Shown: positions 12,779 through 26,960, counted from the first letter of the stretch. The stretch: DNA of 64,000 nucleotides from Octopus bimaculoides (GCF_001194135.2 NC_068984.1:65418713-65482712), one strand, 5' to 3'. The notes: a model not told the origin generated them from the letters alone. Made by a program: numbers and translations.

Positions 12779-14394
12779 ACACTTATACGGAAATAAGTAC
12801 TGGATTGGTATCAACTAAAAACATCCTGGGAAAATGTGCCTCAACAAACTAGTTGAAACCAGGAAAAATATAAATATATACATAAAAATGATTACATTGT
12901 GCAGTAGGACCATTGAAAAATATCTGAATTTGATCTCATTAAAATATATATGAAACTGAAGACAAACAGAATTACCAAGACTTAATATTACCTCATTCAA
13001 TCTTATCAAAAAAGTCCTTAGTTTCAGTTTAGAGCATACAATATTTGTAAAACAAAGTCATCTATAAAATTAAAACTAACATCTATAGTGAAACTTTACT
13101 TTTAAAATATTCTTTAATGATTACAAGCTGTTTCTCATTGGCCACTAAATGACATACATGTGAAAGTTAGTTATACAGGAGTGCTAAGGTATTTTGTTTT
13201 GCCCAATCAAGACTTAAATAAAATTACAAGATAGCATTTATAATGTGTAAGTCAAAAAGAATGTATAATTAGTAATATCATATCCAAATCAAAATTGACT
13301 CTAGTGGGGTTTGGATTCAGAATTAAGGAACTATAATTTCCCTGTGTAATATGATTATCTTTATAATTTGTAGAAATTACACAGACTCTTTCACCTTAGT
13401 AATTACAGATAATAAAAATAATTTAGGCCTTACTTCATAATTACAGTGTAATGTTTGGTCAAAATATTTGTTTTTATAGAAATTAAATTGTTTATACATT
13501 ACAATAAGTTAAAATGTTATTTCTCATACGTTAACAGATATTGCCAAGTTTAACATAATTAGACAGCTTAATTATTTTATGATTCTCCATTTTTCTTGTC
13601 AAATCCAAGTTATTTTCTAATCACTAAGACAAATTTTTCTAATTTAGAAAAGACATGAAGTTCCATGAAATGTTTGAAAATAAATATTTTTAGCAGAATA
13701 TGGATGTAAGTTGTGGCTACAGTTGTCAGACAGACTAACATAAACTGGTCATCATCATATCTGAATTTTGTTGATGTTATTTAAAAAAATTTTTTTTTTT
13801 GCTTAAACACTGTTAAATTAAGTTTCTTAAAATAAATTTGTTGTTAATTTCCTGAAATAGTCAGCTATCTCTATACCATTCAGACATGCATATGTAGCCA
13901 CTTCTCAAAACTTGTAGCAAAGAAGATAATTTGATTTAAACTTTGAGCATATATTATTGAAAGTGAATTTAGATTTTTGAACTAATTTATCCTCGTAATT
14001 TCACTTAGCTCATCTTCTGTTAAGTACAAAGGACACCTACACATAACATACAGTGGTCTTCATAATTTCTTTTTAACTTAGAGTTAATAAGGAACAAGCA
14101 TTATCTGAAAACTGCAGAGTATCTTATATTCTATTTATGCAGCATCTACAAAAAATATAAAACCATAATTGCTACTGCTGCTGTAAATACAAGTTTGCAG
14201 TAGTTTATGTGAAGAAACAAAAGCAACCCCAGTCAAATAAAACTCATAGAAAATAAATGAATAGCATAAATAGTATAGGAAGTAAAATAAGAAGCACTTG
14301 CACAAATCGTTTTGGATGAAACTAGCTGTTGGAAACCATGCGTTTTCTAGTCTAAACTATTTTTCACCCTTTCTTTTTAGAAAACAAGATAGAC

Positions 14395-14800
14395 AAATAG
14401 TTATGAATGCGAAGAGTTTCCCTGGTGAAGAATTGACAACCCGACATTGATTAGTGTTTAGATAGGCAGTCACAGAAGAAGAAAATCTGGAAAAGGAAGA
14501 AGTGGAAACTTTAAGGTCAAGCAAAGAGCCAGAAATTTAATAAAATACTAGCTGAAGCAACTGATGGTAGATGAGGGAGATTTATAGCATAAAGACAACT
14601 GTAATCTCCCAGAGAACGACTTGTTAAGGGCTATAGACAATGTCTGTGGCTGGTGCAAGATTTCAGTCAGATGAAGAGTGATGTGGTGGTGGAACAGTGA
14701 GGTTAACAGAGCTACATAAGAGACAGGTTTAGAAAGACAGGAAGAATGTGGGCAACAGCGAATTATATCACATAGCTAGAAAAGAAACTAAGTGATAGGT
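14395..14800 (+). mobile_element. RTE-clade LINE fragment (linker between endonuclease and RT), decayed
   Basis: Broken translation includes AKSFPGEELTTRH and CGWCK...WWWNSEVNRA, typical of RTE ORFs; stops and frameshifts present. Confidence 0.75.
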
Positions 14801-14919
14801 TTGTTCCTCCAATCATGTTTTAGCCTCCCAGCACCCTGCTTAAAGCATCCCTCTATATCTTGCCAACTATTTCATTCAAGAGGATTGTTCATACTTTTAA
14901 ATTACAAGACAACTCATTA

Positions 14920-15115
14920 GTGCTGTTCCCACAAAAAAGTTCTCAGTGCACTCTGTAAAATGGTTGGCATTAAGAAGGGTATCCAGCTGTAGAAATCATT
15001 CTAAAACTGCAACATGGGAGCAATACAAGTTCTTTCACAGATTGGATTCTGAGAAAACATGCAACTCATAATAGCTTGGAAAGCAGGTATAACATGAAGA
15101 AGATGATGATAATGA
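14920..15115 (+). mobile_element. SINE family A, degenerate
   Basis: GGTTGGCATTAAGAAGGGTATCCAGCTGTAGAAA motif followed by a (TGA)-like tail. Confidence 0.7.
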
Positions 15116-15835
15116 TGACTGCAATGTTAAGATGAATGACTATTCTTATTTAAGATTATAAACAACTCAAATTAGGACATAGCTGCAGTTAAAAAAATCT
15201 GATTATTACCAAGACAGATATTTTTTTAGGAATTTACATTAATAAATGCCAGTAGCATTACGTTACATTAGCAATCATCTTCAACTTCCAACTGCAGTAT
15301 TAGATGGCCACAATCTTCCTTACTCATTGCAGAGTTTATGAATGATTATGCACTCACAGTCCCACCATTGTGGGATTTAATCAAATTCCTTAAGGGAAAT
15401 TTTAACCCAGAATGCAATGAGTCAGAATAGAATACAGTGAGACATCTTGTCTAATGCTCTAACAATTTCATCAATTCATTGCCCTGGACTTGTGCTTTAT
15501 CAACCCTGAAAGGATGAAAAGTAAAGATAACTTCAGCAGGCTTTGAACTTAAGAGATCAGAGAACCATAGCAACTTCAGCAAGGCATTTTGTTTGACAGT
15601 CTTATGCCTCAGCCAGTTTGTCATGAAATTAGTCTAGTATATCATCCTTCTCAACATGTATAATATGCGAATGTTCTTCATCTATAAAAGACATTATTTA
15701 TTTGCTGAATTTATCTGACATTATTTATTTGCTAAATTATCACTCAAAAATCACAATAGAATAATGGTAAGGACTCACTGAACTACATTTCAAGTTCAGA
15801 TTTGAAATGTTTGATCTACTAACCTATGACCTCAC

Positions 15836-15884
15836 CAAGTTTTCCAACCATTCTTTAGAACACTTCATTTTATGTTCGTTTATT
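15836..15884 (-). CDS. Candidate exon (minus)
   Basis: ttttcaaatctcag|...AACTTG|gtgagg, phase 2-0: INEHKMKCSKEWLENL; phase does not join directly to the neighbouring candidates. Confidence 0.2.
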
Positions 15885-16035
15885 CTGAGATTTGAAAATA
15901 TGCTTGTATGTTACAGAACAAATAAAGTCAACCTTATTTCTCAGACACCCTTACGCACTCAATATGGTGGTAAAAATGAGAATATCCTCTCTGAATGGTG
16001 ATAATAATGATTATAAGAATCACATATTCCACCAC

Positions 16036-16104
16036 CTTGAACTTCACTTTTATATCTCTTTATCAGAGAGAAGATCATCAAAACTTGATTCAGCAATTGC
16101 TTAT
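16036..16104 (-). CDS. Candidate exon (minus)
   Basis: catctcacag|...GTTCAAG|gtggtg, phase 1-1: DKQLLNQVLMIFSLIKRYKSEVQ. Confidence 0.2.
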
Positions 16105-16521
16105 CTGTGAGATGACCAATTAAAGCAAACATGTGTAAGCATACTGGCCAGTGAGACTGGTTGGTCAATTATATTTTTATTTAAAATAAAAGAAACAAAA
16201 CACATGTAATCTAAAGTACTAATGAAGAGGTTCATAAAATGTTCTATGCAGATATATAATTATAGCCCATGCTAGAGATGCTTAGTAGCATTTTGTCCAT
16301 CTTTATGTTCTGAGTTAAAATTCTGCTATGGTCTATGAAATAAGTACCAGCTGAGCACTGGGGTTGATGTAATCAACTAGTCTACATCCCTAAAATTCCA
16401 GGTCTTGTGATTATAGTAAAAACAATTATTTTTCTAAAAACAGTCCAAAGGTTAAATGTAAAAAATGCAAGGCAATCAAATTTGATATTTGTATCAAAAT
16501 AAAATGCTGATGTTTCAGTTA

Positions 16522-16926
16522 TTCTTTTATTCTTTTACTTGTTTCAGTCATTTGACATGATGAGCCACCGCCTTTAGTCATGCAAATTGACCCCAGAGCT
16601 TATTTTTGTAAGCCTAGTACTTATTCTATCAGTCACTTTTGCTGAACTGCTAAGTTACGGGGACATAAACACACCAGCACTGGTTGTCAAGCGATGTTGG
16701 GGGGACAAACACAGACACACAAACACATACACACACATACATATACTTATAGATATACATATACGATGGGCTTCTTTTGGTTTCCGTCTACCAAATCCAC
16801 TCCCAAGGCTTTGGTTGGCCCAAGGCTATAGTAAAAGACACTTGCCCAAGGTGCCACGGAGTGGGACTGTACCCAGGATCCTGTGGTTGGTAAGCAAGCG
16901 ACTTAACACACAGCCACTCCTGTGCC
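16522..16926 (-). mobile_element. SINE family B, near full length
   Basis: Reverse complement aligns to 9626-10035 from the head (CACAGCCACTCC) to the tail (TCTTTTACTTGTTTCAGTCATTTGAC). Confidence 0.9.
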
Positions 16927-18861
16927 TATATCTGAAAATTATTTTCAAGACTTTAAGAATTTAACCTATATGGCCAGCTATCAAGTACTGCATAAATGCA
17001 TGACTATATATTAAGAATATGAGAGAGAAAGGGGGAGGGAGACTGAGAGAAAAGAGGAAAGAAATTGAGGTGTTTGACAAATGTATGCTGGATTGTAGGA
17101 GTGCTCCCCAAATAGTTTTCATTTATTAGAATTTGTTAGAGATGTCATCATCACCATCATCCTTTAATGTCAATTTTCCATGTTAGCACAGTGGCCTATA
17201 ATTAAATGAGGTGTGTGTCAAATGTATGTAGGACTGAAGGAGTGTTCCCCAACAGTTTCCTTTTATTATAATTCATCAGAGATGTCCTTAGTCTATATTT
17301 AAAAGCTTGTCTCATCAAAATTGGAAATTAATTCAAATATTTCTAGAGCCTATATAGAGCAGAAAGTGTTCATGAGAATAACAGAACAACACAGAAATAA
17401 TTTTATTAGATGAAGTTTAAATTACCATAAACTTTATAAAACTTACAGTCATTGTAGAGGAGTTTCTATTGAAATAAAAACAAAAGGAAATACTCATTCA
17501 GCAATTTTGTAAACCATGCAATATTGTTCAATAGTCACAAATTTAAGATAGTCAGGGTCAAGTTTGTAGAGAGCTGGGATATATATCGCATTTATGTAGA
17601 CAAAGAAAATTTCTAGTCATATTTAATGTGCTTATTGTATTGTCATTCTCTTCTCAAACTTGCTTTAGTGAAATAGTAAAATGCAGCAATGGTTTTCAAT
17701 GACAAAAACTTATAATGATCTTAATTATTAAATTATATGGGGAGGACAGTATTTGATTGAATAGAACATAATTTTGGTCTTAGGTTACCATATTTAAATT
17801 TAGAGTGGATTGTATTAACTTGAATTTCTTCTGAAATCAATAATCCAAGTAGTGTAATAAGTAATGTAAATTGATAAAGCCCACAAAGGACAGATAGTTC
17901 TAGTTTCATGTTAGAAGACAGTGGAATTAAAAATCTGACATTGCTTCAGGATACAATGAAAACTATAATTTATCCAAGTTAATGAGTTTAATATATTAGA
18001 ATATTGAAATTTAAAACTTAATATCTTAATATATATGCTTTCACAGAGTATATTACGAAGATGGTTTCTTTATGCAAGAAAATTATGATTTTAAAAAAGA
18101 AATTCTTATAATTAAATTTTTTTCTACAAAAATTATATTTCTAACCAATATATTCGGACAGATATTCAGGTTAAACACGAAACACATGATTTGAATAATT
18201 ATTAATTTGCTAGTGATTTAGAATCTGTGTATTTCCTCTTGATGAGTTAATTCTAATATATTCTTCATTTGAACTATCAATGTTTTCTCAGTAACATATG
18301 ATTATAAGAAACACTACATATCAAATTTAACATTCAACAGATTTAAGCAACAAATCCAGAACAAATCCTAATACAATGATTGAGATACAGATATACTTTT
18401 AAATAAAAGAGACAGTCATTTGGCCTATTTGCAAATCATTTATAACTTGTAACTGATTGGTTTTAGGTTTGTTTGCAAAGCATTTGGCTGTTCTAGATAA
18501 CAAATATCACATATATAGAACAAGAAAATATTATTTTAATTATCCTCATTAACATCATCATCATCATCATCTGGTTGATGTAAAATAATGATGAGACCTA
18601 TTGAGACAATGCTCTAATGCCAGATGTCATTTTTATCACCAACCCTTACTTGTTCTTCAAGTAAATATATTTTTATTCTTCTGGTCTTCACACATCAAAA
18701 CTGATAAAAACTAGTGAGATAGGAGACAAATTATTTATAAGTGGCATAAACAAATGTCACTGTGTGTCAAACGGTGTCAGTGTGAAGACATACAGAAATG
18801 ATAGACAGCAGCCACTTGGCTGAAACACATAAATAAATAAATAAATTATCATACATATATC

Positions 18862-19027
18862 ATCATCATCATCATCGTCGTTTAACGTCCGCTTTCCATG
18901 CTAGCATAGGTTGGACGACTTGACTGAGGACTGGTGAAACCGGATGGCAACACCAGGCTCCAATCTAAATTTGGCAGAGTTTCTACAGCTGGATGCCCTT
19001 CCTAACGCCAACCACTTAGAGAGTGTA
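18862..19027 (-). mobile_element. SINE family A, young copy cut by an N-gap
   Basis: (ATC)n then TTTAACGTCCGCTTTCCATGCTAGCAT..GGATGCCCTTCCTAACGCCAACC; near-identical to 36552-36700 in reverse, CpGs retained. Confidence 0.9.
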
Positions 19028-20105
19028 NNNNNNNNNNNNNNNNNNNNNNNNNNNNNNNNNNNNNNNNNNNNNNNNNNNNNNNNNNNNNNNNNNNNNNNNN
19101 NNNNNNNNNNNNNNNNNNNNNNNNNNNNNNNNNNNNNNNNNNNNNNNNNNNNNNNNNNNNNNNNNNNNNNNNNNNNNNNNNNNNNNNNNNNNNNNNNNNN
19201 NNNNNNNNNNNNNNNNNNNNNNNNNNNNNNNNNNNNNNNNNNNNNNNNNNNNNNNNNNNNNNNNNNNNNNNNNNNNNNNNNNNNNNNNNNNNNNNNNNNN
19301 NNNNNNNNNNNNNNNNNNNNNNNNNNNNNNNNNNNNNNNNNNNNNNNNNNNNNNNNNNNNNNNNNNNNNNNNNNNNNNNNNNNNNNNNNNNNNNNNNNNN
19401 NNNNNNNNNNNNNNNNNNNNNNNNNNNNNNNNNNNNNNNNNNNNNNNNNNNNNNNNNNNNNNNNNNNNNNNNNNNNNNNNNNNNNNNNNNNNNNNNNNNN
19501 NNNNNNNNNNNNNNNNNNNNNNNNNNNNNNNNNNNNNNNNNNNNNNNNNNNNNNNNNNNNNNNNNNNNNNNNNNNNNNNNNNNNNNNNNNNNNNNNNNNN
19601 NNNNNNNNNNNNNNNNNNNNNNNNNNNNNNNNNNNNNNNNNNNNNNNNNNNNNNNNNNNNNNNNNNNNNNNNNNNNNNNNNNNNNNNNNNNNNNNNNNNN
19701 NNNNNNNNNNNNNNNNNNNNNNNNNNNNNNNNNNNNNNNNNNNNNNNNNNNNNNNNNNNNNNNNNNNNNNNNNNNNNNNNNNNNNNNNNNNNNNNNNNNN
19801 NNNNNNNNNNNNNNNNNNNNNNNNNNNNNNNNNNNNNNNNNNNNNNNNNNNTTCACCCTGGAATGAGATAGAAGTTGTTTCCTGTTTGTTTACAGTCTTT
19901 ATTGCACCTGAACATCTGCCACAAACAAAAACTAGCTTGCTAGTTAACCTGCCTTTGATGTTGCTGCACTTCTTATGTGTCCATAGCTTGTACCGGGTAC
20001 ATCTTATAGAGTTACTACCTACTCCTTTTCTACATACTGAGCAGGGCCATCTACCTGAAGGGGTTTGTGTTTTATCTACCTTCCTACTTATTAGGATTTT
20101 GATTT

Positions 20106-20147
<42 letters not shown>

Positions 20148-21479
20148 AAGGGAGACAGACAGTTGACTGATAGATAAGATAGGCTTCTGCATAGTCTCTA
20201 TCTGCTAAATTTCATGTACAAATCATTAATCAGTCCAAAATTCCTTCCCAAGGTACTATACAATGAACTGGAACTGAAAACAGGTTTGTAAAGTAAACTT
20301 TATAATCCCACTGCTTTACAAATCTAGCAGACAGCCAACATCTTCAGACATTGCAAAAGGTGACGAATTTGTTGAAATAGTTTATTAACAAAGAATAAAG
20401 TGCTTGAAATGATAGACTAATTATTGATAGACTATTTCAATTCCTTAAATTTTCATAATTTACCATGATGTGATTTTTTTCTCCAATTAAGTTCCACAGT
20501 GTCTGGTTATAATTGAGAAAAACTCTTGATCTAGATTGAATTGCATATAAATTTTAGGTTCTCTTATTTTATAATCCAATGAATAACCACACTAAGAAAC
20601 ATAAATTGTCCGTTAGTTGGTTAATGCGAGGAAACCAAACATCTTCCTAATGAAAATTAATTTGTTGAATTTACTATCTTACAAAGTGTCAGAAACAGAT
20701 ATGTAAATATGCAACAGTATCTTATTGAATTTCATTCTTAAATGTCAAATGATTATAAGTCTAACAAGAGACAATGTCATTAAGAGATTGGTTGCAATAG
20801 CTAACAAATTTCTCAAAACTGTTTATAGACATATGTGTCTAAGTGTATAAATGAATATGATTGTATATGGACATACAGACAGGTGTAAAATGTATATTTC
20901 TGCATCCATATTAAATATCAAATATAGATATCTTACAAAGACATGTTAAACTGAAAACATATTGAGATTTTATGAAAGAGTTTTAAATAACATGGAAATC
21001 AATTGAAGAAAAGATATATTATGAAGTATATCATATGGAATTTCAAGCAGAACAAAGCATAACATTTTAGCATTAAAAAAAGCAGTAACATTAATATCCA
21101 GCTAAATTTAAACAACAAATCTTTAGAAAATATACTGCCAAGCATTGAATGTCAGAATAACCAGAAAGAAGATTGTATTTTGTTAGGCATGAAATCTATT
21201 ACTATTTGTTTTGTGAAAGGACGAGGATTTGGCTGAAATAGCACATCATCAGACAAAATGCCTTAGAGATTTTAGTTTAAGCTACAATTTTTTACTAGGT
21301 TTCAGTTTGCATTGCATTTTATTAACAATTCACAACTTAAATATGAATATGACTCCAGAAACAATTTAATTGACCATACCTCTCTAATCTAGTAATCACT
21401 GGCTGCATAATGGATGAGATAGTAAGAATGGATTGTACTATTCATTGTTCAATTTACCTTAACTATTATTTACATTACA

Positions 21480-21480
<1 letters not shown>

Positions 21481-21548
<68 letters not shown>
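21481..21548. repeat. (ACT)n(AAT)n microsatellite
   Basis: Direct reading. Confidence 0.95.
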
Positions 21549-21551
<3 letters not shown>

Positions 21552-22130
21552 GGTTGTAAAAGTTTAACACTGGAAACTTTGCAAGAAATAGGGATTTGAA
21601 GTTGGAAACATGGTACAATCACTGGGTTGAAAGAGTACTGGAGTCAGAAAAATGTAAAAATGTAAGATTTTCTGTAACTTTCCTATTCAAACAGAAAAGA
21701 AGTTAGAAAATGATACTCCGGACATAGCAATTATAGACAAGGAAAGGCGAAGTTGTTTACTAATCGACCTATCATGCTCATTTGATTCCAGGATCAAAAA
21801 GAAAGAGGACAGAAAACAAAGAAAATACAATCCTTAAAATTTGAATAGGAAGAATTTGGAGTATAAAAATTGTCAAGGTCATGTCTATAATAATTGGTGC
21901 ATTGGGAACAGTAAGCAAAGATATAGACAAATGGGTGAAGGAGATTGGAACAGAATGCCCTGTAGAGCTCCAACAGAAGGGTTGTCTCTTAGGGACAGTA
22001 AGGATTATCAGGATGGTTATAAGCACTTGAAAGACTACTGAAAACTTGTGGAGACTCAAGGTTACAGGTGGTAACCTGCTACCTACATAAATCCTACCAG
22101 GAATAAGACCGAATCTGAGTCAAACCAATA
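21547..22130 (+). mobile_element. 5'-truncated R4/Dong-clade non-LTR retrotransposon (restriction-like endonuclease region plus 3' UTR), decayed
   Basis: Translation with frameshifts: NKVVKV*HWKLCKK..WYNH..ERVLESEKCKIFCNFPIQTEKK..TPDIAIIDKERRSCLLIDLSCSFDSRIKKKE..KY..IGRIWSIK..SIIIGALGTV..LQQKGCLLGTVRIIR, the PD..D..K RLE signature of R4-like elements. Confidence 0.85.
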
Positions 22131-22176
22131 ATAATGATGATGATGATGATGATGATGATGATAATAATGTTTCAAA

Positions 22177-22375
22177 TTTTGATACAAGGCCAATGAAAAT
22201 AATAATAATTTCTGCTATAGGCAGAAATTTGGGTGGAGAAGGCTAACCAATTACATTGACCCAGTGTGCAACCGGCATTTCTATCATCAGCCTTGAAAGG
22301 ATGAACGACAAACTCAACTGTGGCAGAATTTGAATTGAGAAAGTAAAGAGATGAAATGCCACTAAGCATGTCTGA
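22177..22375 (+). mobile_element. Repeat family C copy
   Basis: TTTCAAATTTTGATACAAGGCCA...CCTTGAAAGGATGAA...GGCAGAATTTGAA. Confidence 0.75.
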
Positions 22376-23321
22376 AGTGTTTTTGAGTTTAATGAAATAA
22401 AGGAGCAATGGGGATCACTGTAATCAACGAGTTTGCTCTCTCAAAATTTCAGGCATTCTACATATAGTAGAAAGGATTATTATTATAAGTAGTAGCAGCA
22501 AAAGTAGCAGCAGTAATAGTAATGTTCTTGCTATTTGCATTATCATGAAAGTACTATATCCTGTAATCAGGAATAACTAGTGCACTAACATATTTCTATT
22601 CTCAGAAAATACTCTGTGTGTATATCCTCTGAGTTATTTACTTATCCATTTATTTATATCACAATTTGTTTACAATACCCTCATCAATTACTGCTCTCCA
22701 ATGACTCATTCAACACACACACACACACAAACACATATACAAATGATAAGTCCCCTAATCATTTACATAAACTGCTTAATAACTGAGGTTAGTCACCTGT
22801 TTTTCACACTTCCTACCTACTCACTGCAGCTTTCACCCACTCCCTTTTCGCATTCTTTAAACCCCTTGACTGTAGTCTTTTGTTGACTATCATTGATCAG
22901 GGATTCCAAGATACCTGGTCTACTTTTTAGTCTTTCATGCTCTCAGGCGCTTCAAATATGCTAGGTAGCTGAATTAGATACACCAGACAAATGAACAAGA
23001 TTGTCATGTTTATGTACCATATTATATATATATTCTCCTCCTCATTATCTTCATCATTTCATTTTAAAGTCTACTTTTCCATGATAACATGGGTCAGCCT
23101 TATATATATCAAAAGTTATTCACAGCAAAATGAGAAAGAGTGTATTAAAGGTATATAAAAGTTAAATTACTATAAAATAAAAATACAATGAAACATTCAA
23201 ATGCAAAAGGCACATCCAAATTACCTTACATGAATACACACACACACACACACACATACACACATATAAACACACACACACTATGTGTGTTATATGCAAA
23301 TATGTTCTAAAGAATGCCTAC

Positions 23322-23432
23322 CAAAATTCTGCTCAACAAATATTTGTCAATCTGAGTTTGTGCAATAAGACCAAACTCAGAAAGAATCATATGGTTATGA
23401 TGTGAATTTCTGAACCACAGTGCCAAGAAGAC
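23322..23432 (-). CDS. Candidate exon (minus)
   Basis: cttttctcagcacag|...AGAATTTTG|gtaggc, phase 0-0, 111 nt: VFLALWFRNSHHNHMILSEFGLIAQTQIDKYLLSRIL. Confidence 0.3.
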
Positions 23433-25569
23433 CTGTGCTGAGAAAGGTCTTTTTAGAAAAAGATCTTTGGCATTCATGCTACTAAAAAGTTTCATGATAT
23501 TTAATAAATGATTAACATTTGTGTTCACTTTTAATTTTTAATCAAAAGAATACCCTTTCTAACTCCATTCTGATCCTTCTTCAATATTGAAATGGAGATG
23601 AATGTTGAGCAAGAAACAGAGATTGAAAATCATATTTCATGAAGAGTAACATGAAGATGTTTTTGGAGAATATAATATAGACTTTCTGTCAGTGTCAACT
23701 GAATTTATCATGATTACTTTAATCTTGATGTCAAAAGCTGTAATTTGGAAACCATATTATTGCTTATTTTTATTTTCTCCAATTGACACCAGTTATTCCA
23801 TCTGCAAAAACTCAATTCAGTATTATACTATGAACCTGAGATTATGTTATTTTAATGCATGAACAAACTAGATCGAAGAGTACAAGATTGATTATACACT
23901 ATAATGTAAGTTGATTTAAGCTAAAAACAGAAATAATCAATTTCTGGCCTGTACTATCAGCAAATAAAAATAAACAATTGAATAATAAAATTATATTTCG
24001 TAATTTTTGCAAAAAAATACTTGAAATATCTCATTCTTCCTATTTATATAAATAGAAGCTTATTTCTAATATTCACCCTACTCCTGTACTTCTAGGTCGA
24101 TAATCATTACAAGGAAAGAAGAAACATCCTGCTTTCCTTCCTAAGAGACTGACATAAAGGAATAAGTGGTCTAGAACATTTAAATATTTGAATTTTTCGA
24201 GCACTTGTCGAGACCTATATATATCACCTTCCATAGTACAAAATTATCAACATTTTCTACTAAAGTTCCTCTGTAAATTACCAACTGAACAATATATTAG
24301 CAAAATAGCTAATGGTCCAGTGTGTGTTTCAATGTAATTGTATCTTTTCTTGAAACTATATCCTTTTATTCAGCAGGGTAATATAACAACATAATTATGT
24401 TTTCAAATCCAGTAACTACCTTGACTGAGTTGAAGTAAGTTTTCAGTAGTCTTTTCCCATACCACTAAAAGAAGATGTGTGATCTGATGGTGTTGTAAAT
24501 TTATTTTTGGTAAAGAAAATAAGAAACTAAGAATTCAGTGTGAGAATATTAGCATACTATTCAAAGATAATTCATACTTATACAAAAAAAAAACAGTTAT
24601 AAGAATAATAAACAAAGATAAGCAAGAGAGCTGCTCACAAACACACACTATCAAATCTTTCCTGTTGAGTATGAACTTCAATTATTCATTGAAGTTGAAT
24701 TTTTGGCAAAAGACAAAAATAAGAAGTGAGAGACATGAAAGAAATTGTGAAAGATATAGGTTAAAGATATAGAAAATAAGTAAAGGATCTATCATCACCT
24801 TCCAACCAATCTCTATATCTCCAATGGGAAATTGAATAACATTTAGACAAATTTTTTTGTTTTAAAGCTTAATGTTAAAACCTTCACATGATTCCAACAA
24901 TAGAAGTCATTTAGAATTAATCACCTAAGGTTTTTGAAAGACAATAATAGATGCTAAGTTATATTTTTCTAAAATTAACTTTTAAATGGAAGAAAAAGTT
25001 CAAATATACTTTGTAAAAGACACTTGCATATATAGACACACACATACACCAACACAATGTATATGTGTTGTGAACAGCATCGATTTGGTAAAATACATTC
25101 TAACATAGTAAGGTAGATGTAAAATTATGATGATTTTCAAGCAGTAAGTTAAAGAAAATAAAAACATTTCACTAACAGTTTCAATTAGTAAGAAAACTGT
25201 GCATTTGAATATATAAAAATATTTTCTCTCAATATATTACCCACTCTTTTATAATATAAAGATGATATGAAATAACAAAATTAAACTAGGACTTCATTTT
25301 ATATTATTAAAAATGTAATATAAAAGAACTAATAAACTTTTAAAGCTGACAGGATTATGATGCAGTTTTGAGGAGCTGGGAAGCAAATTCTCAAATCTTT
25401 TATAGGCAAAAGATGAACATTACATGTAATTCATATTAAAGATGAATATTACAGCATGCATTTCATATAAAATCCATAACAAAATTGAATTAGTAAAATA
25501 AAAGAGTATTTTAATGAAATAAATAAAAATTTAAGCACATATACTCTTTATTTCCTACTCACTCCCTTT

Positions 25570-25605
<36 letters not shown>

Positions 25606-26289
25606 GCACACAAGCATAATAAAGTTTGTAATATGAAGTGGTATTAGTATATTAAAATGTATTGAATTATGGTTTAAATATTTTTCTTGCACAAAGTTCT
25701 AAGCATATATATCATTAATCCTTAGAAACTAGATAAGAAATAAATAGGAATATCCAATAAAATAATATACTCATGAGTTATCACATATAAAAATACAATT
25801 ATATATTACATAATTACTTGTATTAAAATTTTTTCCATGTACCTTTTTTTTAGCTGTTGAATGATATTCCATTAATCAAACTTCACTTGTTTAAATTGCA
25901 CTTTCTTACTTTAAAACACCATCACATTATGATCTGTTTTCTTTTGGTATGAAATCATCCTAGCATCATAAGCAACTCATAAGCAACCTTAGTATTTAAT
26001 AAACTTTTTTTTAATTATACTTTCTTCTAGAGCTCTGGCAAAATGTATCTGAACTGTGTTATTGTTTAATATATACTTTGAAGTCATGTTTCCAGGTTTG
26101 ATCACAATATTTTATACCATGGGTTTTCTCTCTTAGCCTAGAATCAAACTACAACAATAATTTGCTAGATGGAAAAATCACTATGGAAAACAACTAATAA
26201 GCATGACACTTTGAGATCGATATTGGTAAGGCTGAGGTTGATAATAACACATTTGAAAGTACACAGCTACAAATTTTTAAAAAAGAGGT

Positions 26290-26960
26290 ATAGCCATGGT
26301 TGTGTGTAGAAGAAGCCTGTCATCTTGGGTCCAGTCCTGTAGTACATACAGCATCTTGAGCAGGTGTCTTCTACTATAGCCCAGGAGCCCAGTGCTGACA
26401 AAAGCTTTGTGAGAAGATACCGCAGACAAAATGAAAGAAGCCTAATGTATGTGTGAGCATATACCCTTGTCTCGACATCATCTGATAGTTGTAAAGAAGT
26501 ATCACCATCTTACAAGCAATGTCTTTATGTTTCTAGTCTTCTGTGAAAAGTATGTTTCAGCGTGGGAAACCATTGTGGAGGTGAATGAATTACTGGCTAG
26601 GGTGCTGGACTCATAATAGTAAGATTATAGTTTAGATTCTTGAACCAGGAAATATGTTGTGATCTTGAGCAAAATACTTCATTTCACATTCTTCCAGTTC
26701 ACTCAGCTGGTAAAAATGAGTAATCCTGTGATGGACTGACGTCTGTTCCAGAGAGAAATATTTATACCAGAGAAACCAAGAAACCGGCCCTAAACTCCTT
26801 ACTGAGTAATGTGGACTAACCTAACCAAGGAAAATACTATCATGTTATGAAACAGCTGAAGGTAGGCAATAGGAAAGGTATCTGGCTATAGAAAATTAGC
26901 ATCAACAAATTTCGTCTGACCCGTGCAAGCAAAGAAAACTGGATGCTAAAACAATGATAA
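26290..26960 (+). mobile_element. Mosaic SINE (family B head, distinct body, family A-like tail) interrupted by a second SINE at ~26576-26840
   Basis: The outer halves align contiguously with the uninterrupted copy at ~29490-29730; the insert has its own tRNA-like head and a CTTGAGCAA..CAGTTCACTCAGCTGGTAAAAATGAGT domain. Confidence 0.7.
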
